Positions 38,442 to 52,811 of a DNA stretch of 64,000 nucleotides are shown here, piece by piece. The stretch comes from Lytechinus pictus (lineage: Eukaryota). How positions within the stretch are numbered: position 1 is the stretch's first letter; each line of letters opens with the position of its first letter. Below the pieces are notes generated by a model. That model was not told the DNA's origin, searched no databases, and saw nothing but the letters and a program-made list of their open reading frames with translations. The stretch lies in contig NC_087247.1 in the NCBI RefSeq assembly GCF_037042905.1, positions 13,082,001-13,146,000 on the forward strand, written 5' to 3'. A program made the translations under genes and the position numbers.

Positions 38442-39780
38442 TTTGTTTAAGACTAGCGCCAAACGTGTTTAGGGTATGTGTGTTTTCCCCGGGTCATATT
38501 CTGGCCAAAATGTGTAAATAAAGCCCCCGCGAAAAATTTGTTTAGGGGTTATTTTGCACACAGAGAAAAAAAATCGTTTAGGGGTGTAATAAGGTCGCGC
38601 ATGTGTACAGCAATACATTTGACTGCCCTTCTGGGGGGGGGGGGGTAGGTCCATTGATAAAGTTACTGAAAGAGGTTATAGTTCATTCGTTGGTCTCAAG
38701 ATTGTTCCAGTTCACAGTTTGCAAATTTCACTTTTACTTAATCATGTCAATGCATCCTGACATATATATATTTTTTTTTTGGGGGGGGGGGGTGGAGCTA
38801 GAACCTTCTCCATATGAATTAGGTGTGACCAAAATTTACACGTGACAAAAAAGGCTCTTATGCAATCAACACTCGAGATAAGCCAGCAGCAAAAATGATC
38901 AGCTAGACGGAAAGGAGAAGAAAAAGATGGATAAGGAAAGCGGAGATAGAGAGGGGAAAATAAGAAAAATAAAGAAAAGGGAACGAGAGAAGAAAGAACA
39001 GCATATAACGATGAAAAAACAGATCCAGGAGCGGAGGAGCCTTTATTCCGCCCCCCCCCCCAAAAAAAAAGAGAGGGGGAGAGAGAAAGAGAGAGAGGGA
39101 TCGAGAGAGACTCTGAGACAGAAACTGAAGAGAATTAGAAAAGGAGGGGAAAGGAGCTAAGGAAGGATCATTTTTTAAATGAAACATAAAGAAAAAGGGG
39201 AGGAATTATTAGGAACAGAAAATTGGCAGGCTCTCGATCTTATAGCTTTATAATTATGTACATATTTTTATTGATTTTAATGTTTATATCTTTTTTGTAA
39301 ACCTATGATCGGCCGGTGATGGGAGAATTACCATTAAAAGTGTCCGTTTTGGCTATATCCGTGACCACTGCACTCGGACTGTACTCATCAATTAATGGTT
39401 TTTTAATTTTCTTTTTTTTTTTGTATTTTATTGTGAAACTCGGCATGTCTGCAATTAATTGGGACTAGTCAGGGTCTAGTATAGAGATCCCAGGTCCCAG
39501 CAATGGCGTGATTTCCTTCACACTCACAGGAGAAAAGAGCAAATAAACCTCGGAACGGTTTGTGGTATTTGTATCGGCCTAGCCCTAGATAGAAAAATCA
39601 GTCCTCTTCTCCGTCCACGCATTATTTCCATTGAGATTTCGCCACCATGAAGAGACATCATCAAACTACGATCATGGGGGATACACGAATACATACTGTA
39701 TTTTCCGACGAAGGTCTAGACATGTGTCTCCGTGATAATTTGATTTTCTTTTAAAATTTCTCTGCTCCTTTCCGTTGCAG

Positions 39781-39996
39781 GTTAACATAGAACCACCTGA
39801 TGCAGTTTTATGTACAGCTTTTCAAATAGAAGATGGTTCAACTACTAGGTACTACCAGTATGCCAGTGGAGTGAATCCCCTCTCTCCTTCACTCATCATC
39901 CCTCTTGGTGCTGCATCTCCCACTTCCATTGTAACAACCATAGAGAGACAACATACTCTTGCAATCATAGGAGATACACAAGGAAATCTTCAAAAG
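39781..39996 (+). CDS. Constant exon C1a (Sema continuation VNIEPPDAVLC...GDTQGNLQK), phase 0-0
   Basis: Polypyrimidine tract + ttgcag| acceptor, AAG|gttagt donor, 72 codons. Carries a plexin-like 'T.AIIGDTQGNLQK' motif. Confidence 0.88.
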
Positions 39997-40051
39997 GTTA
40001 GTGTGTTCTCGATCATAAAGTGAAAGGACTTACCTTTTATTTTCCTTGCAG

Positions 40052-40270
40052 GTTTATAGCATAGAACCGCCCGATTCAGTTCTATGTACAGCGTATCTAA
40101 TATTAGATGGTACTGGGTATCTGTACTACCAGTATGCCAGTGGAGTGAATGCCCTTCCTGCATCACTCGTCATCCCTCTTGGTGCTGCATCTCCCACCTC
40201 AATAGTAACAACCATAGAGAGACAACATACCATTGCATGCATAGGAGATACACAAGGAAACCTTCAAAAG
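40052..40270 (+). CDS. Constant exon C1b (tandem paralog of C1a, VYSIEPPDSVLC...GDTQGNLQK), phase 0-0
   Basis: ccttgcag| acceptor, AAG|gttagg donor, 73 codons, open. Differs from C1a at 16 of 73 aligned positions. Confidence 0.88.
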
Positions 40271-40479
40271 GTTAGGGTTGCATATCTGTGTACTACTTAA
40301 TCAATGGGAAAGTTTTCAGCAACTCTTTTCACTGATTTAAGTTCAAATTATGGTTAGGCTTATCTATTTCAATCTAATATTTGAATCAATTTGACATGAA
40401 AATAGGCTATTGATCCAACTTCTCAATCTTTCAAATTTTTAGACCAATGGTATTAAAAATAATTAATCATCGCTATGAA

Positions 40480-41065
40480 AGGACAAGTCCACCCCAACAA
40501 AAAGTTGATTTGAATAAAAAGAGAAAGATCTAACAAGCAAAACAATGAAAACTTCATCAAAATCGGATGTACAATAAGAAAGTTATTTCATTTTAAAGTT
40601 TTGCTTAATTTTACAAAACAGTTTATATGCACATCCTGGTCGGTATGGAAATGAGGAGACTGATGACATCATCCACTCACTATTTCTTTTGTATTTTATT
40701 ATATGAAATATTTTAATTTTCTCCTTATATTCAAGTGAAACAACGATTAATTTCTCAATGAACATATGGAATTAGCATCGTTTAATACTATATGTTTTAG
40801 TCAAGGTGGTCGATCTTTATCATCAAATCTGTAAAAGTAAAATATTGTGTAATTCAAACAATAAAAAACAAAAGAAATAGTGAGTGATGGACATCATCGA
40901 CTGTCTCATTGCATGTCACTGAGATGTGCAGATCACTGTTTATCAAAAATAAGCAAAACTTTAAAATGTCATAACTTTCTTATTTTACATCCGATTTTGA
41001 TGAAATTTTTAGCGTTATGTTAGTTTCAAATTCAAATCAACATTTTTCTGGGGTGGACTTGGCCT
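40480..41065. mobile_element. Kolobok-like MITE, copy 1
   Basis: TIR AGGACAAGTCCACCCC, TGAA/TTAA flanks. Same family as 57871 and 60636, in the opposite orientation. Confidence 0.72.
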
Positions 41066-42377
41066 TTAATGAATAAAGGGGCAGTTGTATATGAATAGCA
41101 TTCTTCAAAAATGACCTTGCAGGCTTGATCCATTGATTGCCATACTCCAAAGGTTTACATGGAGAACATTGAGTTTTTTTCTCATTTCCGCTGGAATGGG
41201 TTACTTTTTAGGAAGAAATCCCTAAACATGGAGTATGATTTTATACTGGAAAATCCCTAAACATGGCCCCAATTTTTAGATACTGGCCTTAAACATGGGT
41301 CCATATTCTCCTCCATTGTATTTGGTGCAAATACGAAATGACCTTACATTTTGGGTGATAACCTTTTCTTTTTTTTCCCCAAGGGGAAAATCCCCCCCCC
41401 CCCCCTTTGGAGAATCCTGGATCCGCCCCTGTAGCAAATCCCTAATAATATACCTTTTTAGCTAAAATGACCTGTAAATATGGGTATTGGTTTTAGACCT
41501 TCAGCCACACACCCCCTTCCAACCCCCCCTACCAGAAGATTTTAAAAGGTAAAAGGTGGGAGTTGCTCCTACCCTGTTTGGCATTCAATGACTTAAGTGA
41601 TAGAGCAACGCTTATCTGGCACTGTACAGTGGCTGCCAGACCAAAGATCAATTGGGCAAAATGAGATTTTGGAATATTTCTGATTTCTGTTTCGAACAAT
41701 AAAATATGGATTTCTTCTTCATTTTGTTAAGAGCTATCAAAACATTTTGATTTTTAAAGAATCTTTCTCCCTATCCCTAATTATGTACATGTCTCTTGAT
41801 AACTCTACACATTGTTTTGTAAAATGTATTTTCTCATTTTCATTGATATACCGGTGAATAACAAAAAGTTTACACCTAAATAATGTATTTAATCAGAGAA
41901 AGAAAAAAATTGTACTATTTCATTGTTATACATCAAAGGAATGGCCTAATTCCAAAAATTTGTTTAATGATTTTGTACGCAATCAGTTCATCCTTTCATG
42001 AATATGGAAAATATAATGGCAGAAGAAAATAATAAGTAACCAATAAACAAATAATGAAAATTGTTTATTATGAGATTGTCAAAAGAGCTGCCATTATTTT
42101 AGAAGGAAAGAGACAACTTTAAGTTATTTGCTTTCGCTGAAATATTATTAATTAATACGTTAGTATACAGCAAGGTACAATTCCTTTGACTTTACCCATT
42201 AATATCTCAGATTTCATTGTGTAATGAATCATGTAAAATCACTATGTAACATTTGATATTGAAATGGTGCGATGCATACTGAACAGGCCCAATAGAATCA
42301 ATAGTCCATTGTGATGTTCATCTACACAACTTTCACTGACTTGACCTGTCTTATTTCGAACATGCTTGTTTCATCAG

Positions 42378-42515
42378 GTGAATATTGTTAACAGCACATT
42401 TGGCTATGTCTACGAGACAGTTCCTCTTGGAAGTGGATCTGTTTTGCGAGAGCTATTTCTTGATGAATCTACAGAGCAGTTAACATTAGCCACAACTTCA
42501 GATCAAGGCTCACAG
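42378..42515 (+). CDS. Constant exon C2 (end of Sema: VNIVNSTFGYVYETVPLGSGSVLRELFLDESTEQLTLATTSDQGSQ)
   Basis: tcatcag| ... CAG|gtgagt, 46 codons, phase 0-0. Confidence 0.85.
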
Positions 42516-43065
42516 GTGAGTTGTAATATTGGAGAACTGTAAAGCGCATCTAGAGCAGTTTTGATTGATTATGCATTATATAAGCACCAGTTTATTATTA
42601 TCATTGTTAATATTATTATTATTATCATCATTGTTATCATCATTATTATTATTGTTATCATTGTTATTATTGTTATTATACAAGATATAAAATATGCAAA
42701 AAAATACAATTCCTGTTGTGATTAAACAAAAGTTAGGGGCATACAATTAATATTTGGGTATTTATAAATAATGATTTTTTATCTAAATGGAGAACAATGT
42801 ATATAAAGAGCATGTAGTGCGATAAAAGAAATTATTTTACCCAGAGGCAGATATCAGAGCATATTTTTGAAGAAGTATATTATATTCATTATATATAGGC
42901 CTGCCTTTTATAAAGCATGAGGAACATTGGACTGATATACAAGTATACACACAGATGCGGATCTAGATTTTGCTGGGGGGGGGGGGCAAGGATCCTTCAG
43001 CCCCCCCCCCCCTCCCCCGTGGATCCAATCCTGATTTAACCTTTAATCTTTGTGATATTATACAG

Positions 43066-43181
43066 GTTCTTAAACTAAATTTGGCAAACTGTGGCCAATA
43101 CCAAACCTGTGATGAGTGCATTGGTGGCAATGGAGGAAACGATGGAGACCCTTACTGTGGATGGTGTACTTTAGAAAAAAG
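43066..43181 (+). CDS. Constant exon C3 (PSI1: NCGQYQTCDECIG...DPYCGWCTLEKR)
   Basis: Classic PSI motif DPYCGWC. tacag| ... AG|gtgaga, phase 0-2. Confidence 0.92.
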
Positions 43182-44719
43182 GTGAGAAGTTTGTTTGAAT
43201 TTCTGTTCTAATGACGAAAACCCTGAGTTATATTGCTTTCTTTAAAAATGAGGAAATATGATGAAGGATCTTGTTATGGATGTATATAACAATTTATAAA
43301 ATTCATAGGACCTGCAGGAACTTAGAGTCAAGTTGGATAATTATAGTCCATCAAAGCAGAGATATCAGTAATAAATTGTATCAAAAATATATTCTAGAAA
43401 GTAAAAAAGGGGCCTAAGCTTTCGATCCTAGCAGAATCTTCGTCGGAGGCAAAATGTATTCTCATGTTACTCTAAGTGTTCCACATTGTAAGAAATAGGA
43501 CATGTGTCGGGGATATTCTGTCAAATTATGTGCCATATCTGAGACTTAATTCTTAAGAAAAAAAATGTGCATACGACTCTGACATATTTGCATTAATGTT
43601 GATTAGACCTAAACATCTTGAAATTAATATCTTGAGTTATAGACTTGCTGTTATATTTTGGCCATTTTAATTAGAAAAATACCCAGATTAGGATTTTTAA
43701 TGGCCCCTACAGACTACCTTGATTGTGTTTCATTAATTTTATATTTGATTGTGCCAAATGCTTAAGAGTCCAAATTCAAAGTTTCACTGCGATACAATTT
43801 TGTTTGGTGAAAATACATGTAACGTGCTTTGTTGTTCAGACTTCACGCTTGCATCCCGGGGGGGCCACTTACATTGATGAGTGGATACCATGCGCGACCA
43901 AAAAAACACGTAAAAAGGATGTCTTTTTCAAGATAGGGCACGTTACGTACGTTAGGGCACGTTACGTACGTAACGTGATAAGGGTGTCAAAAACACAAAA
44001 ATAATGAAAAAAGGGTATCTATTTCGCTAGGAAAGCTACATGTTGAGGGTCAAATTTGCGGGGATGATAAAACAAAATTGAAATTTTTTATAAAGGATGT
44101 CCTTTTTGCCCCAACACTACGTGTTTCAAATCCCATTTGCGCGAGGTGTGGAAGGTGGGGCTGTACTAAACAAAATGATGTGTAAAGGTAAAACCAACGA
44201 CCGACGGACCCGTGACATAACAATAAAATATCGCTGTACATGTTTAGGGGTTCATTTCAGGGAATACTTGCCAAGAGTATCGTTTTGTTTCCAATACTTG
44301 TTAAGGGTAGGGTTTGACACGCCAATACTTGTTAAGGGGTACATTTTCAGAATATGGAAAATACGTGTTTAGGGTGCTTTTTGAGATCTCATGGTTGCGC
44401 ATGGTATCCACTCGTGAATGGAAATAAATATTTTGAAAGGAATACATGAATAATCATCAAATCACAAATGCCTATGTCAGTGAATTTGAAAGCCACCTTC
44501 ATGGTTGTCTCCAATGACCTTTTTCTGCTCGTGCGCAGTTTACAACCGTGAACAGGCTTATTGCTTCCTTTCCTTGACTTGGCCCCTTCATTTGAAAATT
44601 CCATGCTTTGTCTGTGGGCTTATTTAAGTACATGGTTAGGCCTAACATGGGTATATCCATGTTTGAGCATGTCCAGCTTCCCTTGCATGTGCTTATCCTA
44701 CATTTCTCAAGTGATACAG

Positions 44720-47700
44720 TAGTCGATTTGACATTTTCCGAACCTAGAAATGTTCTCTCCGATGAAGTTATTTTTCTTGATTCATGTTCGTATGGGGTCC
44801 TAGAACAAATTCAGCTTGGTTGCCCAAACGGCAACTTTGGGCAATTTTGCTAATTTGCATAAATCAAAAATGGCCGCCACATATGCCATCTTGAAAACCT
44901 AAGTTTTGAACCCCTTGCCCCAAAATGATGAGCAATAACTCATTTTAGGGGTTAAGGGTTGTGTAGAATCTATAATTATTTTTGCATTATAAGGTCATCT
45001 TCAGGTCAAATCCAAGATGGCCGCCATATGACGCCATCTTGAAATATTAACTTTTGAACCCTTTGCCCAAGAATCATGAACATTAACTCTATTGGTGATC
45101 ATTTGGTATGTTGCTTCATTTATGTCGTAATTTTGCATAAAGGATAATCTTCAGATCAAATCCAATATGGACGCAAAACGCCATCTTGAAAAAACTACTT
45201 TCCGATGCTTATACGTGTGAGAGCTAATGTAAAGGGATTTCAGTAAGAATACTAATTTCCTTTATTAATTCTCAAATTTTAGGTCAAGGTGAAGTCACAT
45301 CTGAGATGTCAGATTTCGACATTAACTGCTCACCTTAGAATGAATCCTTTTAGGTTTTGGCTATGATCCATTTTGTGTGTATTTTTATTTGTTTTAATGT
45401 CCATCCATACTTTTGTACTGAATAGGCTTTTGGAGTGTTATTTGAATTCGAAAGTGTTTTCTCCATATTTTTCCTATATCAATGTGTCCAATGATTGGTA
45501 GGCATCAGTTTGTTTTAAAAGACGATGGTGTAGTGCTAGGTCTTACATTTTCGAGAGTGGCTGTAGAACTCAGCTCTAGAGTGGCAGTCTGTAGAGCAAA
45601 TTTGTACAGGTGAAGGAGGATGGCGCTGAGACAGGTATAGATAGAAATGCTGCCCTAGCCTTCCTCCTAGGTCTTTGGTCTGCCAAATTAGCATTCCGAT
45701 TATTTTCTGACGTCTTGACCCCTGTCCTTATTAGCTCTCCCTAGAAAGGCGACTCTCGTATACATCTTCATAAGTGTTAGTGTCTCTGCCGGCAAGTTTT
45801 ATGTCACGTTTGCAGGTGTCTTTATAACGAAGGTGTGATCTACAAATGGGGTGAGACCAAGCACACAGCTCACCTTATCTTGGTGAATCCCTTCTGGGAT
45901 TCGCCAAGGTTTCATGCGGCGAACATGCCCCAACCACTTGAGGCGCCTTTGACTATAAAGGAGCGAGAATAAGCTGGGGATGCCAGCACGTACGCTGAAT
46001 TTTTGTATTTTTTCACTTTGTCCTGCCATTTAACGTGCATGATAAAGAAGGTGTTTAGCCGCTTTTCTTAGTTGGTGTACGTTTTTCCAGGACTTACTTC
46101 CGTACAGGAGCTTTGCCGTGACTGTGGCAGATTTTCCTATCCTGTTGCTTATCTCCTTGTCCAGTGAAAGGGAGCTAGAGACAGATAGATGATCCGATGT
46201 AGGTGAGGAGTCCACCACTACCAGACGAGTGCGTGCTGTTGATAGAGATATCTGGAGGACAGTCAGTGTCTTGAGTCGATCAGGATTTCTGTTTCACATG
46301 TAGGCTGATGGGTGATCCAAACTCCTTACATGCACAGGACAGGCGGCTGTTTGACTAGGTCTTGTACTCCTGCTTCTTGAGAGGCAGGGGCGACATCGTT
46401 TCCGTGCAATATCTCACGAATGAGAACCATCCTGACCATTGTTTTGGCAGGTAGTCGGTCGATGCATTTTTTCAGTTCCCAATCTGCGTTGGTATGGATA
46501 TAGACGTCCTCTGTGCATTCGCCAAATGCATACTGGGAAAGCTTGGAAAAGAAGATCCCAAAGAGTGTCAGGGCCAGTCGCAGCCTTGCTTCACGCCACT
46601 GCTCACAGGAACTGAGGAAAGGTACCAGGTGTTGTAGCAAACTGTGCTCATGGAATGATATGACCAGGGAACAGTCTTGGGGAACATATCTTCTGCAGGA
46701 GGCTAAATAGTGCACTCCTGCTGACCAAGTCAATGGCTCTTGTCAGGACAAAAGGTCCAATGATAGTTATAAAGGAAGGTAATAACTTAACTTTTTTCTG
46801 AAAAATACGGAGAAATCACTTTTTAATTCAAAAATAGAAGTCCTTTCACTAGAAAAGTACGGTTGGACATAAACAAGAATTAGAACTCCCGAAATAGATC
46901 ATAGCCAAAACCTTGAATGGTTTCATTTAAAGTGAGCGGTTAATGACGAAATCTATCAACCATCTGATCATCTTAGACATGACTTGACCTCGAACTAAAA
47001 ATGGAGTGATTAAAAGAAATTAATAATTCTTACTGAAATTCCCTTACATGATCTCCTACACATAATACTAACCTCTTCAGGACAGCGTGTACGCTTTTAG
47101 GGAGAGTACTTCTTCAAGGTTCAATAGTCACGGGAAGTAGTTTTTTTTTTATTGCGTTTAGCGGCCATCTTGGACATGTTAGATTTGATCTGAAGATGAT
47201 CTAATATTGCAAAAATTATTAACAGAAAGGGAATCAACATACCAAATAACTCATGGAAATGGGTATTAATCATGATTCTGGGACAAAGGGTTCAGAAGTT
47301 TATTTTTCAAAATGGCATCTTCTGGCGGCCATCTTGGATTTGACCTGAAGATGACATTATATTGCAAAATAGATCTATAGCAGAAAGAGATTCTACACAC
47401 CCTTAAACCCATAAACAGAGGTATAAACTCGTCATTCTGGGGCAAGAGGATCAAAAGTCAATTTTTCAGAATGGCATCTGGCGGCCATCTTGGATTTGAC
47501 CTGAAGATGACCTTATATTGCAAAAATGATAATAGAAATCTGTTCTACACACATCTAAACCCATAAAATGAGTCATTGCTCATCATTTTGGGGCAAGGGG
47601 TTCAAATGTTAGGTTTTCAAGATGTCATCTGGCGGCCATTTTGGATTTATGCAAATTAGCAAAATTGCCCAAACGGCAACTTTGGGCAACCAAGCTGAAT

Positions 47701-47802
47701 TTGTTCTAGGACCCCATAGGAACACGAATCAAGAAAAAAACTTCATCGGAAAGAACATTTCTAGGTTGGTGTATTGAGCCTATGTGACTGTCAAATCGAC
47801 TA
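44720..47802. mobile_element. Long-TIR DNA element (Academ-like) enclosing a decayed RTE-type LINE fragment (~45520-46740, minus strand)
   Basis: Termini TAGTCGATTTGACA, CAG TSD, several hundred bp of inverted repeat. Inner minus-strand remnant reads RRLKWLGHVRRM..RIP. Confidence 0.6.
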
Positions 47803-48142
47803 CAGTGCTCTGTACTGAGAAGCACCCCTTTATTCTTGGTGATATTACCCCTTTCTCTTTTCTTTTAAACAACGACTCTCTTCCATTTTCAACTGATCTC
47901 ATGTGAACAAGTGGATTGGTGTTGGGTGAAAGTCACATTGATGTTTTATCTTCATTCGCACCTTTTAAATCTATAGTTTTTATATAGTGAAGTGTGATTT
48001 CCGATTTTAACAAGTGCATCCACTTATTCCTCCTTAAATTGTGCCCTTATATATACAAATGACAAAGGCCAAAAGGACAAATTTAAAGGCTCTGTCACAA
48101 TGCTAGCTTGCTTGCATTGTTATTAGGTTTGTCTGAAATTAA

Positions 48143-48726
48143 AGGAGAATGAAACTCTTGGAGCAAGTTAGCTTTTGTGATAGCAGAAAAATCAAAGAAT
48201 AAGATCAACAAAAGTTTGAGTAAAATAGGACTAGCAATAGAAGATTTATGAGCATTTGAATGTCGAGATCACTAATGCTATGGAGATCCTCCCATTGGCA
48301 ATGCGACCAAGATCTATGATGTCACAGATGAACAACTCTCCCCTTTTGGACACTGAAAATATACCCCAAAACATCTCTTTTTGCTCATTCTAATCACAAG
48401 ACAAACGATTCATCAATGATATAATGTTGTGAAACCTCTGTACTTGTCCTCTCATAAAGAGAACACCTCACCTTGTGATAGACTCTAGAAAAGTGAGAAT
48501 ATAAGTGAAATTAGTACTAAAGTAATGAGGGAGTTGTACGTGTGTGACATCACAGATCTTGGTCGCATTGCCAATGGGAGGATCTACATGGCATTAGTGA
48601 TCTCAATATTCAAATGCTCATAACTTTCTTATTATTCATTCAATCTTCCTCAAACTTTCAACAATATGTTTCTTTGATTTTTCTCTTTGATATGGATTCA
48701 GCTGGTTTCAAGGGTTTCATTCTCCT
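48143..48726. mobile_element. Second Kolobok-like fold-back MITE
   Basis: TTAA TSD, TIR AGGAGAATGAAAC, long internal inverted repeats. Confidence 0.72.
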
Positions 48727-49292
48727 TTAAGTTTCACATACTGACAAACCCTAGATAAGTTGTCATTGCATACTTCTTGACATTCACATTTCTTTTATAA
48801 TTGCATTATGATACTTCATCTTCAAATTATTTTTTATGTATAAATTATGAACTTCTTTTTTTTTTCTTGTACGTTCTGATGTTGCACCCTTTGGGATTTA
48901 TAATTTTTCTTTTTTTAAAAAAATTGATGTTTCCCGGATCCCTCCCCCTTGATTTTGATACATTGCACCTGGCATGATAGTGGCTCAGTGGTTAGCGTAC
49001 AGTGCCTATTCAATGCACAGAAGGTCAAAGCTTCAATCCCCTGCCGACTCGTACAATACATACATATGAAATTTGAATTTACCGCATTTATTGCACTCTG
49101 CATGTTAGAATGGGGAATAAGTAATGATACAATATATGACACAGTACTTAATACCCGCTTGAAGATCAGATGACAATGGCTATCCTTGGTAAACAAGATA
49201 TATTGTAGTTATCTAAAGGAGTAAAATGAAATTGTGCAATCGTGTTATGCATATTAATCTATACAATATACATATCTTCTTATTTTATCAAG

Positions 49293-49422
49293 GTGCACAA
49301 GGTATGAGGCATGCGATCTGCCTGAGCAACCATCAAGATGGTTATCATACAATGCTTTACAGTGTGTTTCCATCTCTGATGTACAGCCAGATAATCTTCC
49401 TTATGATGTAACGGACCAACAG
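49293..49422 (+). CDS. Constant exon C4 (CTRYEACDLPEQPSRWLSYNALQCVSISDVQPDNLPYDVTDQQ)
   Basis: tcaag| ... CAG|gtattt, phase 2-0. Completes PSI1. Confidence 0.85.
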
Positions 49423-51305
49423 GTATTTTACATTCATATTTCATTCTCTTCCCTATCTTTAAGGGTTTATTTTCAGTTGGTCTAATGCCAATTCTTTTAA
49501 TCACCAACTCACCTACTGTTATTTGGTCTACCATCAGTTCATCCACAATCCTCATGATCTTATATTGCAGTTTTGTCCACTCACCTTTTCGTCTAATAAC
49601 CAGTTGGTCCAATAGCCATTTAGTCAATATTCTGTTTGGTCTAATTGGAATAAGTTTTAATTGAAAATAAAATGGATATTAGATCGACGGATTATGAGAC
49701 GATATAGTCATAGGCAAACTAGTGATTAGACGAAGTGATGATTGGATCAATTGGTTATTAGACCAAATGGTGGTTAGACGAAATGTTGATGGATGGAATG
49801 GCATTAGAATATAGACCATGAGATGAGTGGACAAGTTGGCAATAGATAAAGTGGCAATTTACCTCTTTTTCCAATAATTAAATGCTTGGTAGAATTATAT
49901 TGAACACTCTTGCCCGGATATCTCAGCTACAAGTGGATGAAAACACTTGAAATCATGTAGGCACTTAAGAATAATATTGATGGGTCTAGTGGTGGGTGCA
50001 GGACATCATAAAACTGGGATCAGAGAAATTGGGCAGATTTCTTCATCATTTTCTTCAAATCATGAAGAAGCGCCACCCCCCCAAAAAAAAATCAGTTCAG
50101 TTGGAATAATTGATGAACATGACGAAAACCTCTATTTGAGAACACTATCCCCTGTTTCCCTCTTCATCAATTCTCTTCTCCAAGTACGACAAACCCTAAC
50201 TGCCCCCAAGCAAGCAATTTAAGTATCAAAACACCTGTTTCTTGACCTCGGTCCAAAGATAACACAACAGCCCGGCAAATACAGTCACAGCAGGGGGCCA
50301 CACACGATTGGATGCATGCGCAGCGCTGAGCGCGGTCCCTGCAAAGCATGCCGTCATTTTTATTCGCTTACTTTCCTTATTTCGAGGTCGATTTTCTTCA
50401 TTCGAAATTGAAAATGGACTAACATTGGATTTCTGAATACAATATGCCTTTGAAACGTGATTAAATATCGAATACAATAATTTCATTCTGAAGGTCCTAC
50501 TACAGGCAGAGAAGTCTTTCGTAATAGCATAGCTGTTGTTTATCATTTCGTCCTTGGCTCAACGCTCATATACTGGCCTGTGGAGGTGAAATTGAGACAG
50601 CGGGGATTACCTGGCCAAGCAGGGTTGATCAGGGCTTGGAAATGATTTTTGGGATTTCCAAACGTAAAATGGGGTATAAAACCGCAGTTTGCAATCTGAA
50701 CTGCTGTCTTTCTCCAAACGGGGGTTTGACGTAATGAATAATAAAAAGAAGTCAAAAGAAACCCCTTTCTCACATAATCGAAGCATTTGTCTTTAAATAA
50801 ATAACACATTGAAATACAAGTTTTTCATTCTCCAACAAGACAAAATTGGTTCCAAAAGGGAAATTCTGACAATTAAGCCCCTGCCTGCATAATTCTGTGA
50901 TACAAAACTTAGTGAAATACTTTGGGTAACATTAAGTGGTTTTAAAACATAATTTTGTTCCAAAAGGTTCTTTGTGATATATATAAATCTCTTTAGATCC
51001 TCTAATTCCTCCCTCCAGAAGCTAACATTATATTATATCAATATATTACTCTGTTCTAATTATGATATAATATTCAAGTACCAAAGAACAGATATCAACT
51101 GTATTTCAAACTGAAGTAACTGTTAGTTTTGTGTGTTTCTATTTACCAATTAACTTAAGTGAGTTGTATAACTGTATACCATTATTGATACATCAAGGAC
51201 TACAATACAATACAATACATAATGGGTAAACAATATTCAAAATATTTACAGATGAGTGTATATGACTACACTAAAAATGAGACCATATGAGAGTTGGAGG
51301 TACGT

Positions 51306-52738
51306 CCTGGGGGGGCCACTTACATTGACGAGTGGAAACCATGCGCAACCCAAAAAACATGTAAAAAGGATGTCTTTTTCAAGATAAGGCATGTTACGTA
51401 CGTAACGTAATAAGGGTGTCAAAAATACTAAAATAGTGAAAAAAGGGTATCTATTTCGTTAGGAAAGTTACGTGATTAGGGTCAAATTTGCGAGGGTCAT
51501 GAAAAATACGAGACATTTGGCTTTCTCCTGCTCGTACGCACGAGCGTCCGTCGATATAACACATGGTATTTCTATTAAAATATGCACCCTTTTTCTTAAA
51601 AGTTGATGGAGAGGGGGAAAAATTAATCGTATCAAGTCGGGGAATTCAGTAATGAGGACAGGAAAACTATATTTCACTGATTTGTATGATTCATCCCATT
51701 TGATTAACTCATCTAATCGTGTTTTGGGGCTAATCTTTCCCTTACGCATTGCTTTTTGACAGAAGTTCTATGGAAAATGCACCTTTTTTCACACAAACTT
51801 TGAGACACTCTGTATTCGTTTCCCCATTACTCGAGAATAAATGGGCAGTTAACGATGGGGTGAAAGATTTATTGAAGAACAGAATGTATATTTCACGAAA
51901 ATGAAAACCATGTCCCCATTGGATGTTATCTTCAATACGTGTTTTTTAGATAAAGTTAGTTGTCAAATCGGCTCTCCTGGCATTTGAGGTCTCTATCGGT
52001 GACGTCACTCAGGGTCGTCATGCCTGAACCATCGGCTGGGCAGGGGTCGAAATGGTAGTATAATCCACGCATAATGCACTGGATATAGACAATAATCTTG
52101 TCCTCTCGTTCAAATGAATGTGTAACTCATACAATTTTTATAAGAGCATTCAACATGAGCACTGTAGTGATTATTTCTTTGTTATAAGTGAATGAAAGTC
52201 CCTCCATTCGAGTTTGATCACCCCTATCGTGAAAATATATATCACTCCCCAAGTTGTAACACAGTCAGCTGTTAGCACTCAGGGTCACTCCGTGACCTGT
52301 GTGTGCATTCAAGAGTTGTACACGATTTTCTGTCTCATTTAGGCAGAAATCTTTCATAATGAAAAGACTAAAATGTTTTATAAAGGATGTACTTTTTAGC
52401 CCAACAATCAATACTACGTCAATTATAGAGTCTGACTTTGCGCGAGGTGTGGGAGGTGGGGCCGTACTAAACCCAATGATGTAGGTAAAGGTAAAACCGA
52501 CGTCTGTGACATATAACAATTAAGATATCGCTGTACTTGTTTAGGGGTTCAATTCAGGGAATACTTGCCAAGTGAATTTTTTTATTTCCAATACTTGTTA
52601 AGGGTAGGGTTTCACACACCAATACTTGTTAAGGGGTGCATTTTCAGAATATGGAAAATACGTGTTTAGGGTGCTTTTCGGGACCCCATGGTCGCGCATG
52701 GTATCCACTCAATGGAAGTGCCCCCCCCCCCCCCCCGG
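51306..52738. mobile_element. G-run-terminated DNA element (Mutator-like); a truncated relative lies at ~43856-44425
   Basis: Ends CCTGGGGGGGCCACTT / AAGTGCCCC..CCGG, (G)AGGTACGT TSD. Body shared with 43856-44425. Confidence 0.6.
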
Positions 52739-52811
52739 AGGTACGTAGACAATCAAATATTCCTGACCTGTATAAATTTGAGTTCTGTCTTGACTTGCAA
52801 TTTCCTATTAG

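Noticed and set aside
37603-38472. Overlapping GP/W-rich ORFs on both strands
   Set aside because: Products of the CCCATATGGG repeat element.
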